Source: Planctomycetota bacterium (GTDB taxonomy: Bacteria > Planctomycetota > UBA11346). Taken from it: 64,000 bases of DNA. This document shows positions 18,086-30,720 of this stretch, one piece after another. The position numbers and the translations under genes are program-made. The notes below the pieces were generated by a model. The model saw only the letters and a list, made by a program, of their open reading frames with translations. It was not told where the DNA came from and made no database searches. How positions within the stretch are numbered: position 1 is the first letter of the stretch; each line of letters begins with the position of its first letter. The stretch is taken from the NCBI GenBank assembly GCA_038231435.1, contig JBBRLJ010000004.1, positions 32,001-96,000 on the forward strand. Reading direction: 5' to 3'.

Positions 18086-20782
18086 CTACTCGCCGGCGAT
18101 GACTTGGAGGTCGTCGAGCCTCCAGGCGAAGCCGCCGACCTCGAAGCGCAGCTGGCTGCCCGCTGGCACGCGTGCCTGTTCCCAGCCAGCGAGTGGCTGG
18201 TCGTCGACCAGGATCTGGAGGTTGCTGTCGCGGCAGGACAGGCGCAGGCGCACGCGCAGCTTGTCGGCACCGGCCGAACGCTCTCCCTGGGCCTCTTGAA
18301 CGCCGTCGGCCGTGGTGGCGCGGACGTGGATGAGCTCGGGATCGATGCGCACCATCAAGGGCACGTTCTCGCCACTGACGCATGAGATGACCGCCTCGCC
18401 CGACTCCTTGGCATTGAGTGGCCGCAGCTGGAGCGACAACGCGGCGCTCCACGACGCTCCGCCTACCGGCACGGTGCAGGCGATGCCGCAGGTGTCGTCG
18501 CCGACCAGCGCGCCCTTCTCGAGACGGGGCTCGCCCTGCAGCACATCGATGTACTGGAGATCGCCGATGTCGTCGAACGAGAGCATCGCGGCCTCGTTGC
18601 CGAGCAGCGCCTCCTTGCGCTTGAGTGCGTCGCCTGAGGCGAGCGCGGGATCGCCGAGCAGCCGCTTGGCCGCAGCGAGATCGTTGGCCCCGCCGGCGAG
18701 CATCAGCGCCGCCGCGGCAGGCACGCACGCCGCCCCCGAGCTCGACACCAGCGCGGATTCGGTCGCCTGCCAGGAACCCTTCCACATCGGCTTGGTCTTG
18801 GCGGCCTCGGTCACCATGGTGGCGAAGTTGCGGTGCAGGCCGGCGACCGGAGTCCCGGCGAAGGCGGGCTCGAGGGATTTCGCGAGCGGTGGCAGATCGT
18901 CGAGGCGGCCGGCCTCGAGCGCCTGGCGGGCGCGGCTGCGCGCTTCGGCGAGGCGCTGGGTGAGCTTGCTCAGGGCTTCCTGGTAGCGCGCTTCGGCATC
19001 ACCGCGCTTGCCGCTGAGCGCCACGTCGCGCAACGACGCGAGCTGGCGCAGGCGGCGCGGCGCGGCGGCGGCATCGGAAGCCGCGGGCAAGGCATCGAGC
19101 TGGGCCTGGTACCAGGCCTCGCCATCGCTGACCAGCTGACTGCCGCGCAGACGCGCAGACTGCGCCACGTCGCTAGTCGGCGCCTTGGCGTGGAGATCGT
19201 CGGTGAAGTGCTTGAGTGTCTGCTCGGCCGCGCCCCAATCGTTGCGGGCGGCGCTGGCATCGATGCGCGCCTTGGCCTCCTGCCAACGGGCGCTCCACGG
19301 ATCGCGGCCGGTCGTGGTACCACCGGTGATGGCGCCGGTGGTGGCACCGGCCGTGCCAGCCGCCACGACCGTGGTCGAGCCGGTGCTGCCGGTGGTGCCG
19401 CCTCCGGCGACGCCCTGCGTGGTCCCCGTGCCAGCCTGATCGACGACATCGGGCCGGTCGGGATGAGCCATGAATCGGCCGAGGTCGGGCAGCCCGACGA
19501 AGCCGATCACCATCGCCACCGCCAGGACCACCAGCAACATCATCGCCAGCTTCTGGAACTTCGCCGATTGGCGCTGCGTATTGCGCGCGCGCGCGCGCAC
19601 CGCGATCTTCTCGCGCGCCTGGGTCTCATGCGCCTCATCGGCGGCGTCCGGCGTCACCAGCTCGCGCAGTTCGCGCAGCGCGGTGCGCACTTCGGTCATC
19701 GATTCGTAGCGCCAGCTGACGTTCTTGTTCAGCATCTGCTGCAAGACCTTGTCGACGGCGAGCGGCAGCTTGAGGCGTTTGGCGACCTCGGGGACGGGCT
19801 GGCTCTCGTGCGCGGCCACCACCGCCTTGAAGTCGGTGCCACCGAACGGGACCTTGCCGGTGAGCGCGTGGAACAGCACGCAGCCGAGCGAATACACGTC
19901 GCTACGCACGTCGCTGGCGCCACCGCGCGCCTGTTCGGGTGCCAGGTAGAACACCTGCTTGGTCGCGGCGATGCCCTGCACCATGCGGCTTTCATTACCG
20001 CTCAGGCCGACCACGCCGATGTCGAGGATCTTCACGTGGCCGGTCTCGGTCAGCATGATCGTGGCGGGTTTGACATCGCCGTGGACCAGACCCTTCTCAT
20101 GGGCGGACTGCAGGGCCGCCGCCGCCTTCTCGATGATCATCAGTGCGAGCGGCGGCTCCATCGGGCCATCGCGCTTGAGCAGCTGCTCGAGCGTGTCGCC
20201 CTCGACCAGCTCCATGGTGTACCACAGCAGGCCCTGGTCCTTGCCGCACTCGTGGATCTTGACGATGCCGTCGTCGTGGATCGAGGCGGCGACGTTGATG
20301 GTCTTGAGGAAGCGGTCGGCGAAGCCGGGGTCCGACGAGGTCAGCCGTGGGTCCATGACCTTGAAGGCGACGCCGCGCTCGAGCGCGGTCTGGGTGGCGG
20401 TGTAGATGGTGCCGGTGACGCCGGTGCCGATCTTGCCGTCGATGACATAGCCGGCGATGGTGCGCCCGACCATGTCCTCGGGGATGCGCTCGAGGCGGAT
20501 CTCTTGGGTATGCTCGTTCACCAGGGTGATGCGGCTGGCGCCGATGCCGATGACGTCGCCGTTGTGGATGCGCGAACGGTGGGCGATGGCCTTGCCGTTG
20601 AGCATGGTGCCATTCGCCGACTCGAGATCCTCGAGCCACCACTCGCTCTCGAGCAAGAAGACACGCGCGTGATGGCGGCTCGATTTGCCGTCCTTGACGA
20701 TGACGCCGCAATCCTTCTGGCGCCCGAGCACGCACTCCTTCTCCAGGGGTACCTTCTTGTCCTCGTACACCAGATGGGCCAT
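18086..20782 (-). CDS. FHA-domain membrane Ser/Thr (pseudo)kinase with large extracytoplasmic region
   Basis: FHA motifs LGR, SRHHA and SANGT; kinase motifs VAFK, HGDVKPAT, DIG, APEQ and SDVYSLG; TM helix; Thr/Gly linker. Confidence 0.9.
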   Translation of the reverse strand: MAHLVYEDKKVPLEKECVLGRQKDCGVIVKDGKSSRHHARVFLLESEWWLEDLESANGTMLNGKAIAHRSRIHNGDVIGIGASRITLVNEHTQEIRLERIPEDMVGRTIAGYVIDGKIGTGVTGTIYTATQTALERGVAFKVMDPRLTSSDPGFADRFLKTINVAASIHDDGIVKIHECGKDQGLLWYTMELVEGDTLEQLLKRDGPMEPPLALMIIEKAAAALQSAHEKGLVHGDVKPATIMLTETGHVKILDIGVVGLSGNESRMVQGIAATKQVFYLAPEQARGGASDVRSDVYSLGCVLFHALTGKVPFGGTDFKAVVAAHESQPVPEVAKRLKLPLAVDKVLQQMLNKNVSWRYESMTEVRTALRELRELVTPDAADEAHETQAREKIAVRARARNTQRQSAKFQKLAMMLLVVLAVAMVIGFVGLPDLGRFMAHPDRPDVVDQAGTGTTQGVAGGGTTGSTGSTTVVAAGTAGATTGAITGGTTTGRDPWSARWQEAKARIDASAARNDWGAAEQTLKHFTDDLHAKAPTSDVAQSARLRGSQLVSDGEAWYQAQLDALPAASDAAAAPRRLRQLASLRDVALSGKRGDAEARYQEALSKLTQRLAEARSRARQALEAGRLDDLPPLAKSLEPAFAGTPVAGLHRNFATMVTEAAKTKPMWKGSWQATESALVSSSGAACVPAAAALMLAGGANDLAAAKRLLGDPALASGDALKRKEALLGNEAAMLSFDDIGDLQYIDVLQGEPRLEKGALVGDDTCGIACTVPVGGASWSAALSLQLRPLNAKESGEAVISCVSGENVPLMVRIDPELIHVRATTADGVQEAQGERSAGADKLRVRLRLSCRDSNLQILVDDQPLAGWEQARVPAGSQLRFEVGGFAWRLDDLQVIAGE

Positions 20783-20873
20783 GGCCAGGATGGTAGCGAC
20801 CGATCCGCTCTAGCCAATGCGCCGGATCGCTCCGCCGTTCCCCTGCCTGCCTCGCAGACGGTGGGCGGCCCGT

Positions 20874-21719
20874 TCAGCCATGGTTGAGGCGGCGGAATTC
20901 ACCAGGTGGAACGCCGAATTCACCGCTGAAGGCAGCATAGAAGCGCCCGAGCGAGCCGAAGCCGGAATCCAGCGCGATGGCCAGGGCGGTGCGATCGGTC
21001 GTCGCCAGCAGGCGCTGGGCGTGCGCGAGGCGCAGGCGCGTGAGGTACTTCCAGATGGTCATGCCGCAGCTCGAGCGGAACAGGGACATGGCGTAGTTGG
21101 GGTGCAGCCCCACGGCGGCGCCGATTACCGCCAAGGTCAACTCCTCACGGTAATGGTCTCCCAGCCACGATGCGATCGCTTCGACGCGGCTGCTCGCTCC
21201 CTGGTCGGGCGCCCTGCTCTTCGCGACGCGCGCCGCCGCGCGCGCGACTCGGGTGAGCCGGCGCATACGCGCCTCGACCTCGAGCGTCATGGTGCGGATC
21301 GCGAACGCCTCGCCCGTGGCGTAATCCGCCGCCCAGCTCCGGAACTGGTCGGCATCCCACGCCGTGCTCGACTGATCGAGGATGAATTCGCCGCGCAGCA
21401 GGCGGCGCATCGCGCTCGCGCCCAGATCCCAGCGCAGGAACTGCGCGAGCGGCACGCAGACCCACATGATCTCGGTGCCCGGTTCGACCGACACCGCCTG
21501 GTGCGGGATCGCCGCCCAGAACGCCGCGAGCCGACCAGGAGCGAGATCATGGAAGCGCCCGCCGAAGAAGTAGCGCATGCCGCCGCTGAACAGGAAGTTC
21601 AGCTCGATGTCGGCGTGTGCGTGGTCCTTGACCATCGGCTGGATGAAGCCGGTGCGCGCCCAGAAACCCAGGCTCGCCGCCGCATTCCGATTCGCGGAAG
21701 GAATCTGGTCGCGGGCCAT
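20874..21719 (-). CDS. AraC family transcriptional regulator (MelR-like)
   Basis: Cupin HAHADIELN, FWAAIPH; HTH GLHPNYAMSLF...IALDSGFGSLGRFY; divergent from the isomerase gene. Confidence 0.92.
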   Translation of the reverse strand: MARDQIPSANRNAAASLGFWARTGFIQPMVKDHAHADIELNFLFSGGMRYFFGGRFHDLAPGRLAAFWAAIPHQAVSVEPGTEIMWVCVPLAQFLRWDLGASAMRRLLRGEFILDQSSTAWDADQFRSWAADYATGEAFAIRTMTLEVEARMRRLTRVARAAARVAKSRAPDQGASSRVEAIASWLGDHYREELTLAVIGAAVGLHPNYAMSLFRSSCGMTIWKYLTRLRLAHAQRLLATTDRTALAIALDSGFGSLGRFYAAFSGEFGVPPGEFRRLNHG

Positions 21720-21865
21720 GCACCTTAGTATCCGAGAGTGCCTGAACGCCAAACGGGAAGCCGCCGCGCGTGGCCGAGTATCCTGACGAAGCTGGCGCAG
21801 TGCACACCAGCGCCATATTTCTCCCGCACCGCCTTCGGCGGGACCGCACCACACGAGGAGCACCC

Positions 21866-22774
21866 ATGCCCATCCGTAACACCAACGACGGTACCGCGCG
21901 CGCACCCTACCTGCGCTCCGACCTGAACATGGGCAACCTTACCGACCTGCCGAAGACCTCGAGCGGTCCGAAGGGTGATGCAGCCACCGTGCTCGCGGCC
22001 ATCAAGGCGGCGGGCTATCAGGGGACACAGGGTGGGGATCGCGAGCTGTGCCGGAAGCTCCGCCTGGGTTGGACCAGCGGCGGGCGCGTCAACCAACCCG
22101 GCGAAGCCGAACCGTTCGCGAAGTCCGCCAAGGACCAGGGAGCCGAATGCGCCACCCTGCACGTCGGCTGGGGCATGGAGTCCGACGCCGAGATCGACCG
22201 CCTGGTTGGCGCGATCATCGCCGCCTCGGAGAAGCACGGCGTGCCACTCTACATCGAGACCCACCGCGCCACCATCACCCAGGACCAGTGGCGCACGGTG
22301 AAGCTGGTCGAACGCCATCCCGAGGTCCGCTTCAATGCCGACTTCAGCCACTGGTACACCGGGCAGGAGATGAAGTACGGCGACATCACGGCGCGCTTCG
22401 ACTTCCTCGAGCCGGTATTCGAGCGCGTGCGTTTCTTCCATGGCCGCATCGGCAACCCCTCGCACATCCAGGTCGACGTCAAGGACGGCGCCCGTGGCGG
22501 CGTGGGGCTCGAGTTCGTGGACCACTTCCGCGAAATGTGGACGCGCTCATGCCTGGGGTTCCTGCGATCCGCCAAGCCTGGGGATTACATCTGCTTCAAT
22601 CCCGAGTTGCTGCACCCGTCGATCTACTACGCGCGACTGTTTCCGGACGGCAAGGGCGGCCTGGTCGAGGAGACGGACCGATGGCAGCAGGCCTTGGTGT
22701 TGACGCGAGTGGCGCAGGAATGTTTCGAAGAGGCGAAGAAGAGGATGGGGATGGAGAAGGCGGCGGGGGGATGA
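21866..22774 (+). CDS. Sugar phosphate isomerase/epimerase-like TIM barrel protein
   Basis: ETHRAT, NADFSHW, HGRIG and NPEL motifs; GAGGAG SD. Confidence 0.85.
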   Translation: MPIRNTNDGTARAPYLRSDLNMGNLTDLPKTSSGPKGDAATVLAAIKAAGYQGTQGGDRELCRKLRLGWTSGGRVNQPGEAEPFAKSAKDQGAECATLHVGWGMESDAEIDRLVGAIIAASEKHGVPLYIETHRATITQDQWRTVKLVERHPEVRFNADFSHWYTGQEMKYGDITARFDFLEPVFERVRFFHGRIGNPSHIQVDVKDGARGGVGLEFVDHFREMWTRSCLGFLRSAKPGDYICFNPELLHPSIYYARLFPDGKGGLVEETDRWQQALVLTRVAQECFEEAKKRMGMEKAAGG

Positions 22775-22830
22775 GGAAGGAGTGGGGGAAGATGGGGAAG
22801 ACGGAAGACCACAGACTCGAGATCAGACGC
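22775..22830 (+). repeat. Degenerate GAAGANN heptamer array
   Basis: GAAGATG..GAAGACG GAAGACC between convergent genes. Confidence 0.6.
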
Positions 22831-22846
22831 TAGGTCACGAGGCCCA

Positions 22847-24376
22847 TCACCGCCGCCTCGACATCCCGCCCATGATCCCGCGCATGATCTGCCTGCCGAT
22901 CTGGCTCCCCGCCGATCTCATCGCCGATTTGGTCATGGCCTCGACCGCGCCCTGACGGCGACGCGTCCCGAACAGCCAATCCTTCACCGTCTGTCCGAAC
23001 CCTCCCTCCTCGGCTGCGGGTGTTTCCGTCGGACGTGGCTCAGGCGAACCGGAGACCGTGGCGCTCGGAGCCTGCGACGCTGGCCGCAGCGGCGCGACCG
23101 ACGCATGCGCGCGCGCGGCCAGGATCTCATGAGCGGACTCGCGATTGATGGCTGTGTCGTACTTCCCGCCTACCGGTGAGCGCGAGCGCACGGCGGAGCG
23201 TTCGGCGTCGGTGATCGAACCGATGCGGCAATGCGGTGGGCACATCACCGTCTGCTGGACCGGCATCGGGACGCCGCCCTCCTGCAGGGTCGTGACCAGC
23301 GCCTCGCCCACGCCCAGCCGGGTGATCACGTCCTCAACCTTGAACGCCGGATTGGGCGGAAAGGTCTCGGCGGTGAGGCGCACCGCCTTCTGGTCACGAG
23401 GGGTGAATGCGCGCAGCGCGTGCTGGATGCGGTTGCCGAGCTGGCCGAGGATCTCCTCGGGGACATCGTCAGGCAATTGGGAGATGAAATAGACGCCGAC
23501 GCCCTTCGAACGGATGAGGCGGACGACCTGTTCGACGCGGCGACGCAGCGCCGGCGGAGCGTCGTCGAACAGCAGGTGCGCTTCGTCGAAGAAGAACACC
23601 AGCTTGGGGAGATCGAGATCGCCGACCTCAGGCAGATTCTCGAACAGCTCTGACAGCATCCACAGCAGCCAGCACGAATAGAGCCGAGGGTCGAGGATCA
23701 GCTGCTCGGCGCAGAGGATGTTGACGATGCCGCGCCCGTTCAGGTCCTGACGCATGAAATCAGCGAGATCCAGCGCCGGTTCGCCGAAGAAGCCGCCGCC
23801 GCCCTGGTTCTCCAGCCGCAGCAGCGAGCGCTGGATCGCGCCGATCGATTGCGTGCCGACCAGTCCATAGCGTTGGGAGATCTCCTGGGAATGTTCGGCG
23901 ATGAAGCCGAGCATCGCGCGCAGGTCGTCGAGATCGAGCAGCAGCAGCCCTTGGTCGTCCGCGACCTTGAACGCGACTTCGAGCACTCCGCCCTGGGTAT
24001 CGTTGACCTCGAGCAGCCGACCGAGGAGCGCTGGACCCATTTCGGATACCGTGGTGCGGACCGGATGGCCCTTCTTCCCGAAGATGTCCCAGAAGATCGT
24101 CGGTGAGGCCTGGGGCTGGTGATCCTTCAGCCCGAGACGCGCCACCCTCGCGGCGAGCGCATCACTGGCGACGCATGGCTGCGAGAGACCCGCGAGATCG
24201 CCCTTCACGTCGGCGAGGAACACCGGCACACCCAGACGCGAGAAGCGCTCGGCGAGGACCATGAGGGACACCGATTTCCCGGTGCCGGTGGCGCCTGCGA
24301 TGAGCCCATGGCGATTGGCGTAGCGGCCGCGGAGAAAAACCTCGCGGTCGGATTTTCCGATGAGGATGTCGGGCAT
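22847..24376 (-). CDS. HerA-like DUF853/YjgR family ATPase
   Basis: NRHGLIAGATGTGKS (Walker A), DVKGDL, FFFDEAH, RLIRSKGVG and QHALRAFTP. Confidence 0.93.
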   Translation of the reverse strand: MPDILIGKSDREVFLRGRYANRHGLIAGATGTGKSVSLMVLAERFSRLGVPVFLADVKGDLAGLSQPCVASDALAARVARLGLKDHQPQASPTIFWDIFGKKGHPVRTTVSEMGPALLGRLLEVNDTQGGVLEVAFKVADDQGLLLLDLDDLRAMLGFIAEHSQEISQRYGLVGTQSIGAIQRSLLRLENQGGGGFFGEPALDLADFMRQDLNGRGIVNILCAEQLILDPRLYSCWLLWMLSELFENLPEVGDLDLPKLVFFFDEAHLLFDDAPPALRRRVEQVVRLIRSKGVGVYFISQLPDDVPEEILGQLGNRIQHALRAFTPRDQKAVRLTAETFPPNPAFKVEDVITRLGVGEALVTTLQEGGVPMPVQQTVMCPPHCRIGSITDAERSAVRSRSPVGGKYDTAINRESAHEILAARAHASVAPLRPASQAPSATVSGSPEPRPTETPAAEEGGFGQTVKDWLFGTRRRQGAVEAMTKSAMRSAGSQIGRQIMRGIMGGMSRRR

Positions 24377-24484
24377 GGGAAACCTCGGGGTCGGGGAAGG
24401 AAGACGGGCGGCGGGCACGATAGCTCCGGGCCTGGCGATGCCCAGGGACGGGATGGGCCAGTCTCGTCGCGCGGTCGGCGCGGC

Positions 24485-24640
24485 AGTCTCGGCATTCGGA
24501 CTTCGGACTACAGTCTTCCGTCTTCCGTCTTTGGAATTCTCTCTCCGCGACTGAACGTCCGCTGTCGACGTCTTCCGCTCTGGATGAGCTTCGAGAAGAG
24601 GGAAGAGGGAGGGCCGAAGACGGAAGATCGCAGACGACAG
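24485..24640. repeat. Inverted heptamer arrays (TCTTCCG arm ... GAAGACG arm)
   Basis: agtcttccgtcttccgtctt ... ccgaagacggaagatcgcagacg. Confidence 0.75.
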
Positions 24641-24699
24641 CTGCAAGGCACAGCACCCGAGAGGCTGGGAAGCCGGTCTCAGGTCCCCACCGGACTCCA

Positions 24700-26604
24700 C
24701 TACTTCTTCGGCGGTGCTCCCTGCACTGGATGCGCTGGCTCGTCCAGCCCGTGGACCGTCTTTTCCCAGTAATGCGGCTTCACCAGGAGCTGCCACACGC
24801 CCTTCCAGGCCGCGATGCTGATCAACACCCAATAGGCCGGGCTGAGCAGCGCGGCCCACCACATGCCGCGTTGCCCGGGGCGACGCCCGGCGAGCGCCGC
24901 GATGACGATGAACAGCACGTTGCCCAGCAGCAGGCAGAGCGCGGCGGCGAAGAACACCTGGCTGAGGGTCGACAGCACCGGGTCCTCGCCGTGGCCCGAA
25001 TACACCATCTGCCAGCTCAGGCGATCCTTGTGGTTGTCGCGGGTGCTGAGGATCTCCCACAGGTGGTTGCCGCGCGACATGTCGATCGAGATCAGGGCCA
25101 CGTGGACCGCTGCGACCAGCCACAGCGCCAGGTTCAGCGCGGCCAGCGCGCCGACGCAGAACACCGACATCACAAAACCGAGGGCGCCCCACGGGCCGAG
25201 CTTGCGGATCAGCACGAACGGACGGCGAAACCACACGATGTGCGTGATCAGGTAGCCCTTGAGCCAGCGGCTGCGCTGGCGGATCCAGTTGCCGACACGT
25301 GAATTCGCCTCTTCCCAGGTGGTGCTGTCGAGGGTGAGCGTGCGATGCCCGGCGACGTAGAGGCGCACGCCGAGATCGCAATCCTCGGTGACGTTGAACG
25401 GATCCCAGCCGCCGACGTCGCGCAGCACCTGGGTGCGGAAATGGTTGCTGGTGCCACCGAGCGGGATCGGCACGCCAAGGCGCACCAGGCCGCCGAGGTA
25501 GCGCCGGAACCACACGTTGTATTCGAGCGCGAACCAGCGCGTCAGCAGGTTCTGACGGTGGTTGTGGTAAGCGAGCTGCGCTTGCAGGCAGACGACCTTC
25601 GGCCCGCTGGACAGGAAGGCGATGACCGCCTGCTTGAGCTGATCGGGATCGGGACGGTCCTCGGCGTCGAAGATCACCAGGTACTCGCCGCGCGCACGCT
25701 GCAGGCCGTGGTTGCAGGCGCGCGGCTTGGTCTTGGGCTGGGCGAGCGGGACGACCACGACCTCGGCCCATGGTGGGATGCCGGCGGCGGTCAATGCCTG
25801 CAGGGTGTCCGGATCGTCGGCCTCGAGCAGGAACTTGACGTCGAGACGGTCGCGCGGGTAGTCGAGCTTGGCGAGGCTGACCAGGATGTTGCGCGCGACA
25901 TTGCGCTCCTTGTAAAGCGGCACCAGCACGGTGTAGAGCGGCCAGCCGCCAGGAGGCTCATTCAGCGCGTCGCTGCGCAGGCCCTGATGTCCGCCGATCC
26001 ACACCGCGAGCGCGCGGAAGGAGAGCGCCAGGAAGTACACCAGGCAGAGCATGCCGGTGAGCACGCCGAGGCAGACCAGGTGGTCGTAGAACAGCAGGTA
26101 CAACACCGAGACCACCACGAAGCCGAGCCATGGCTCCTGGCCTGCGGGCACGCCGCGCGGGGCGACGCGCACGCCGATCGTGCTCACCACTAAGGTCATG
26201 ACGAACATGCCCAGCACGCAGGCGCGCGCGTTGCCGAAATGGTTGTTCATCCAGCGCACCAGCGCGGGCACGTCCTCGGGCATGGCCATCGGGCGTCCGG
26301 CGAGGTGCGAGCCGATCGCGCCACCGACCACGCAGGCGACGGAGCCGATCAGCACCCATGCCCACGACAGCGTCGTCCACGCGCAGGTGTCGCGATGCGC
26401 TTCGAGGTAGCTGCGCACCAGCGGATCGCCGCCCGCATCGGCTGGGATACGCACCAGCTGCTCGCGCGATTCGACCGCTGGCTTCGACTCGGCGACGGAC
26501 GCGGTGGGCATCGCACCTGTGACTGCCCCGGGGACTGTGCCGGGGGATGCGCCGGGGGATGCGCTCGAGGGTGCGCCGGTCGGTGGAGGCTGAGCGGATT
26601 CCAT
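24700..26604 (-). CDS. Glycosyltransferase family 2, multi-pass membrane (cellulose-synthase-like)
   Basis: VPLYKE, KTKPRACN, FDAED, TEDCDLG and QRSRW motifs; TM segments at both ends. Confidence 0.92.
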   Translation of the reverse strand: MESAQPPPTGAPSSASPGASPGTVPGAVTGAMPTASVAESKPAVESREQLVRIPADAGGDPLVRSYLEAHRDTCAWTTLSWAWVLIGSVACVVGGAIGSHLAGRPMAMPEDVPALVRWMNNHFGNARACVLGMFVMTLVVSTIGVRVAPRGVPAGQEPWLGFVVVSVLYLLFYDHLVCLGVLTGMLCLVYFLALSFRALAVWIGGHQGLRSDALNEPPGGWPLYTVLVPLYKERNVARNILVSLAKLDYPRDRLDVKFLLEADDPDTLQALTAAGIPPWAEVVVVPLAQPKTKPRACNHGLQRARGEYLVIFDAEDRPDPDQLKQAVIAFLSSGPKVVCLQAQLAYHNHRQNLLTRWFALEYNVWFRRYLGGLVRLGVPIPLGGTSNHFRTQVLRDVGGWDPFNVTEDCDLGVRLYVAGHRTLTLDSTTWEEANSRVGNWIRQRSRWLKGYLITHIVWFRRPFVLIRKLGPWGALGFVMSVFCVGALAALNLALWLVAAVHVALISIDMSRGNHLWEILSTRDNHKDRLSWQMVYSGHGEDPVLSTLSQVFFAAALCLLLGNVLFIVIAALAGRRPGQRGMWWAALLSPAYWVLISIAAWKGVWQLLVKPHYWEKTVHGLDEPAHPVQGAPPKK

Positions 26605-26666
26605 GATGCTCCGGAGAATACGGGAACCGCCGGTCGGCGTTGCCTAAGACCCTATGCGGGCAGGCT

Positions 26667-27179
26667 CTACGGGAGCATCCTGGTCACCGTCGGGTCCTGC
26701 AACCGTTTACCCTCGGGAACCTCCAGGCGCGCGTGGCGCGCGTGCCCGGGTCCGGGGTCGTCGGCGCTGGGGGCCGAGGCGCCCACGTGCGCGAGGCGCA
26801 GCCTCCAGCACGAGCGTCCAGGAGCCGAGAAAGCTCCCGCCACGCGCTCGGCCCATTCGATCACCCCGATCCCCCCCTCCATCTGCTCCTCGAAGCCGAG
26901 GCCATGGATCTCGCCCGCCGAACCCAGGCGGTAGGCGTCGACGTGAACCACGGGCATGCGCGCATCGTAGCGGTGCAGCAGCGTGTAGGTGGGGCTGGAG
27001 ACCTGCGCCGGATCCCCTCCGAGCGCTTCGACCAGCAGCCGCACCACGGTGGTCTTTCCCGCTCCCAGCGGTCCGTCCATGAGCAGCACGTCGTCGACCT
27101 CCAAGGAGGCGGCCAAGGCACGGGCGAAACGCGCGGTGGCTGCCAGGTCCTCCAGCGCGAACTCGACGATCTGGCCCAT
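26667..27179 (-). CDS. tsaE: tRNA t6A biosynthesis ATPase TsaE (YjeE)
   Basis: GPLGAGKT, VSSPTYTL, HVDAYRL and IEWAE. Confidence 0.95.
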   Translation of the reverse strand: MGQIVEFALEDLAATARFARALAASLEVDDVLLMDGPLGAGKTTVVRLLVEALGGDPAQVSSPTYTLLHRYDARMPVVHVDAYRLGSAGEIHGLGFEEQMEGGIGVIEWAERVAGAFSAPGRSCWRLRLAHVGASAPSADDPGPGHARHARLEVPEGKRLQDPTVTRMLP

Positions 27180-27360
27180 GTCCGGGATGATCGCCTCCGT
27201 CCTCGGGCTTCAATCCACATCGCACCTCATCGGACCTCATCGCGAGATGCCTGCCCGCATCGGGCCCGATCGGACCCGTCGCAGACGCCAGCGTGGTGAT
27301 CGGAAACGGTGTCGCGCTCATGCATTGACCTGGGACCGGGAGCGGTTGAACTGAGCCCAG

Positions 27361-27546
27361 CCGGATGACGGCGCGGGGAGAAGTCCCATCCACGGCAGCC
27401 ACGGGGCGGCCGTGGGACCGGGATGCCGAAGGAGTAACGCTCTCAGGCCGAAGGACCCGCGCCCGACGGCGCCCTGGAAAGAGGCGCGAGGCACGAGCCG
27501 AGCGCACGCCGACGGAGTCACGCTCTCAGGCCAAGCCACAGGGACA
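27361..27546 (+). ncRNA. Tandem glycine riboswitch
   Basis: GGATGA leader; aptamer 1 GGAGA...CCGAAGGAG..CTCTCAGG; aptamer 2 CTGGAAAG...CCGACGGAG..CTCTCAGG..ACAGGG; directly upstream of gcvP. Confidence 0.93.
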
Positions 27547-27642
27547 TCGCCCGCCACCACTCCCCCGGTGGCGTCGCGTTGTTCCCGTCGGGGGCGGTCC
27601 GTCCGTGGACGACACGGACGTCAGTGACGAAGGCGGCTTCCG

Positions 27643-30582
<2,940 letters not shown>

Positions 30583-30611
30583 GCAGGGGGAGACAGCGAG
30601 ATGGAATGAGG

Positions 30612-30720
30612 GAAGACTGAAGACTGAAGACTGAAGACTGAAGACTGAAGACTGAAGATCCCGGATCGGCTTGCCCGGTCTTCTATCTTCTATCTTCTAT
30701 CTTCTATCTTCCGTCTTTCC
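30612..30720. repeat. Inverted heptamer arrays: (GAAGACT)x6+GAAGATC, 18-nt spacer, (TCTTCTA)x4+TCTTCCG
   Basis: Read directly from the sequence, between convergent gcvP and the gspF-like gene. Confidence 0.95.

Noticed and set aside
22847..25771. 974-aa ORF as a large HerA fusion
   Set aside because: The part upstream of 24376 is an off-frame overlap of the GT2 gene plus intergenic repeats; the real start is MPDILIGK with a GAGG SD
27325..27352. Promoter TTGACC-N16-TGAACT for the riboswitch-gcvP transcript
   Set aside because: The -10 element lacks the conserved TA and the spacing is suboptimal; cannot be supported
30612..30720. CRISPR array
   Set aside because: Units are 7-bp tandem repeats with no 25-45 bp repeat/unique-spacer structure, and no cas genes are present
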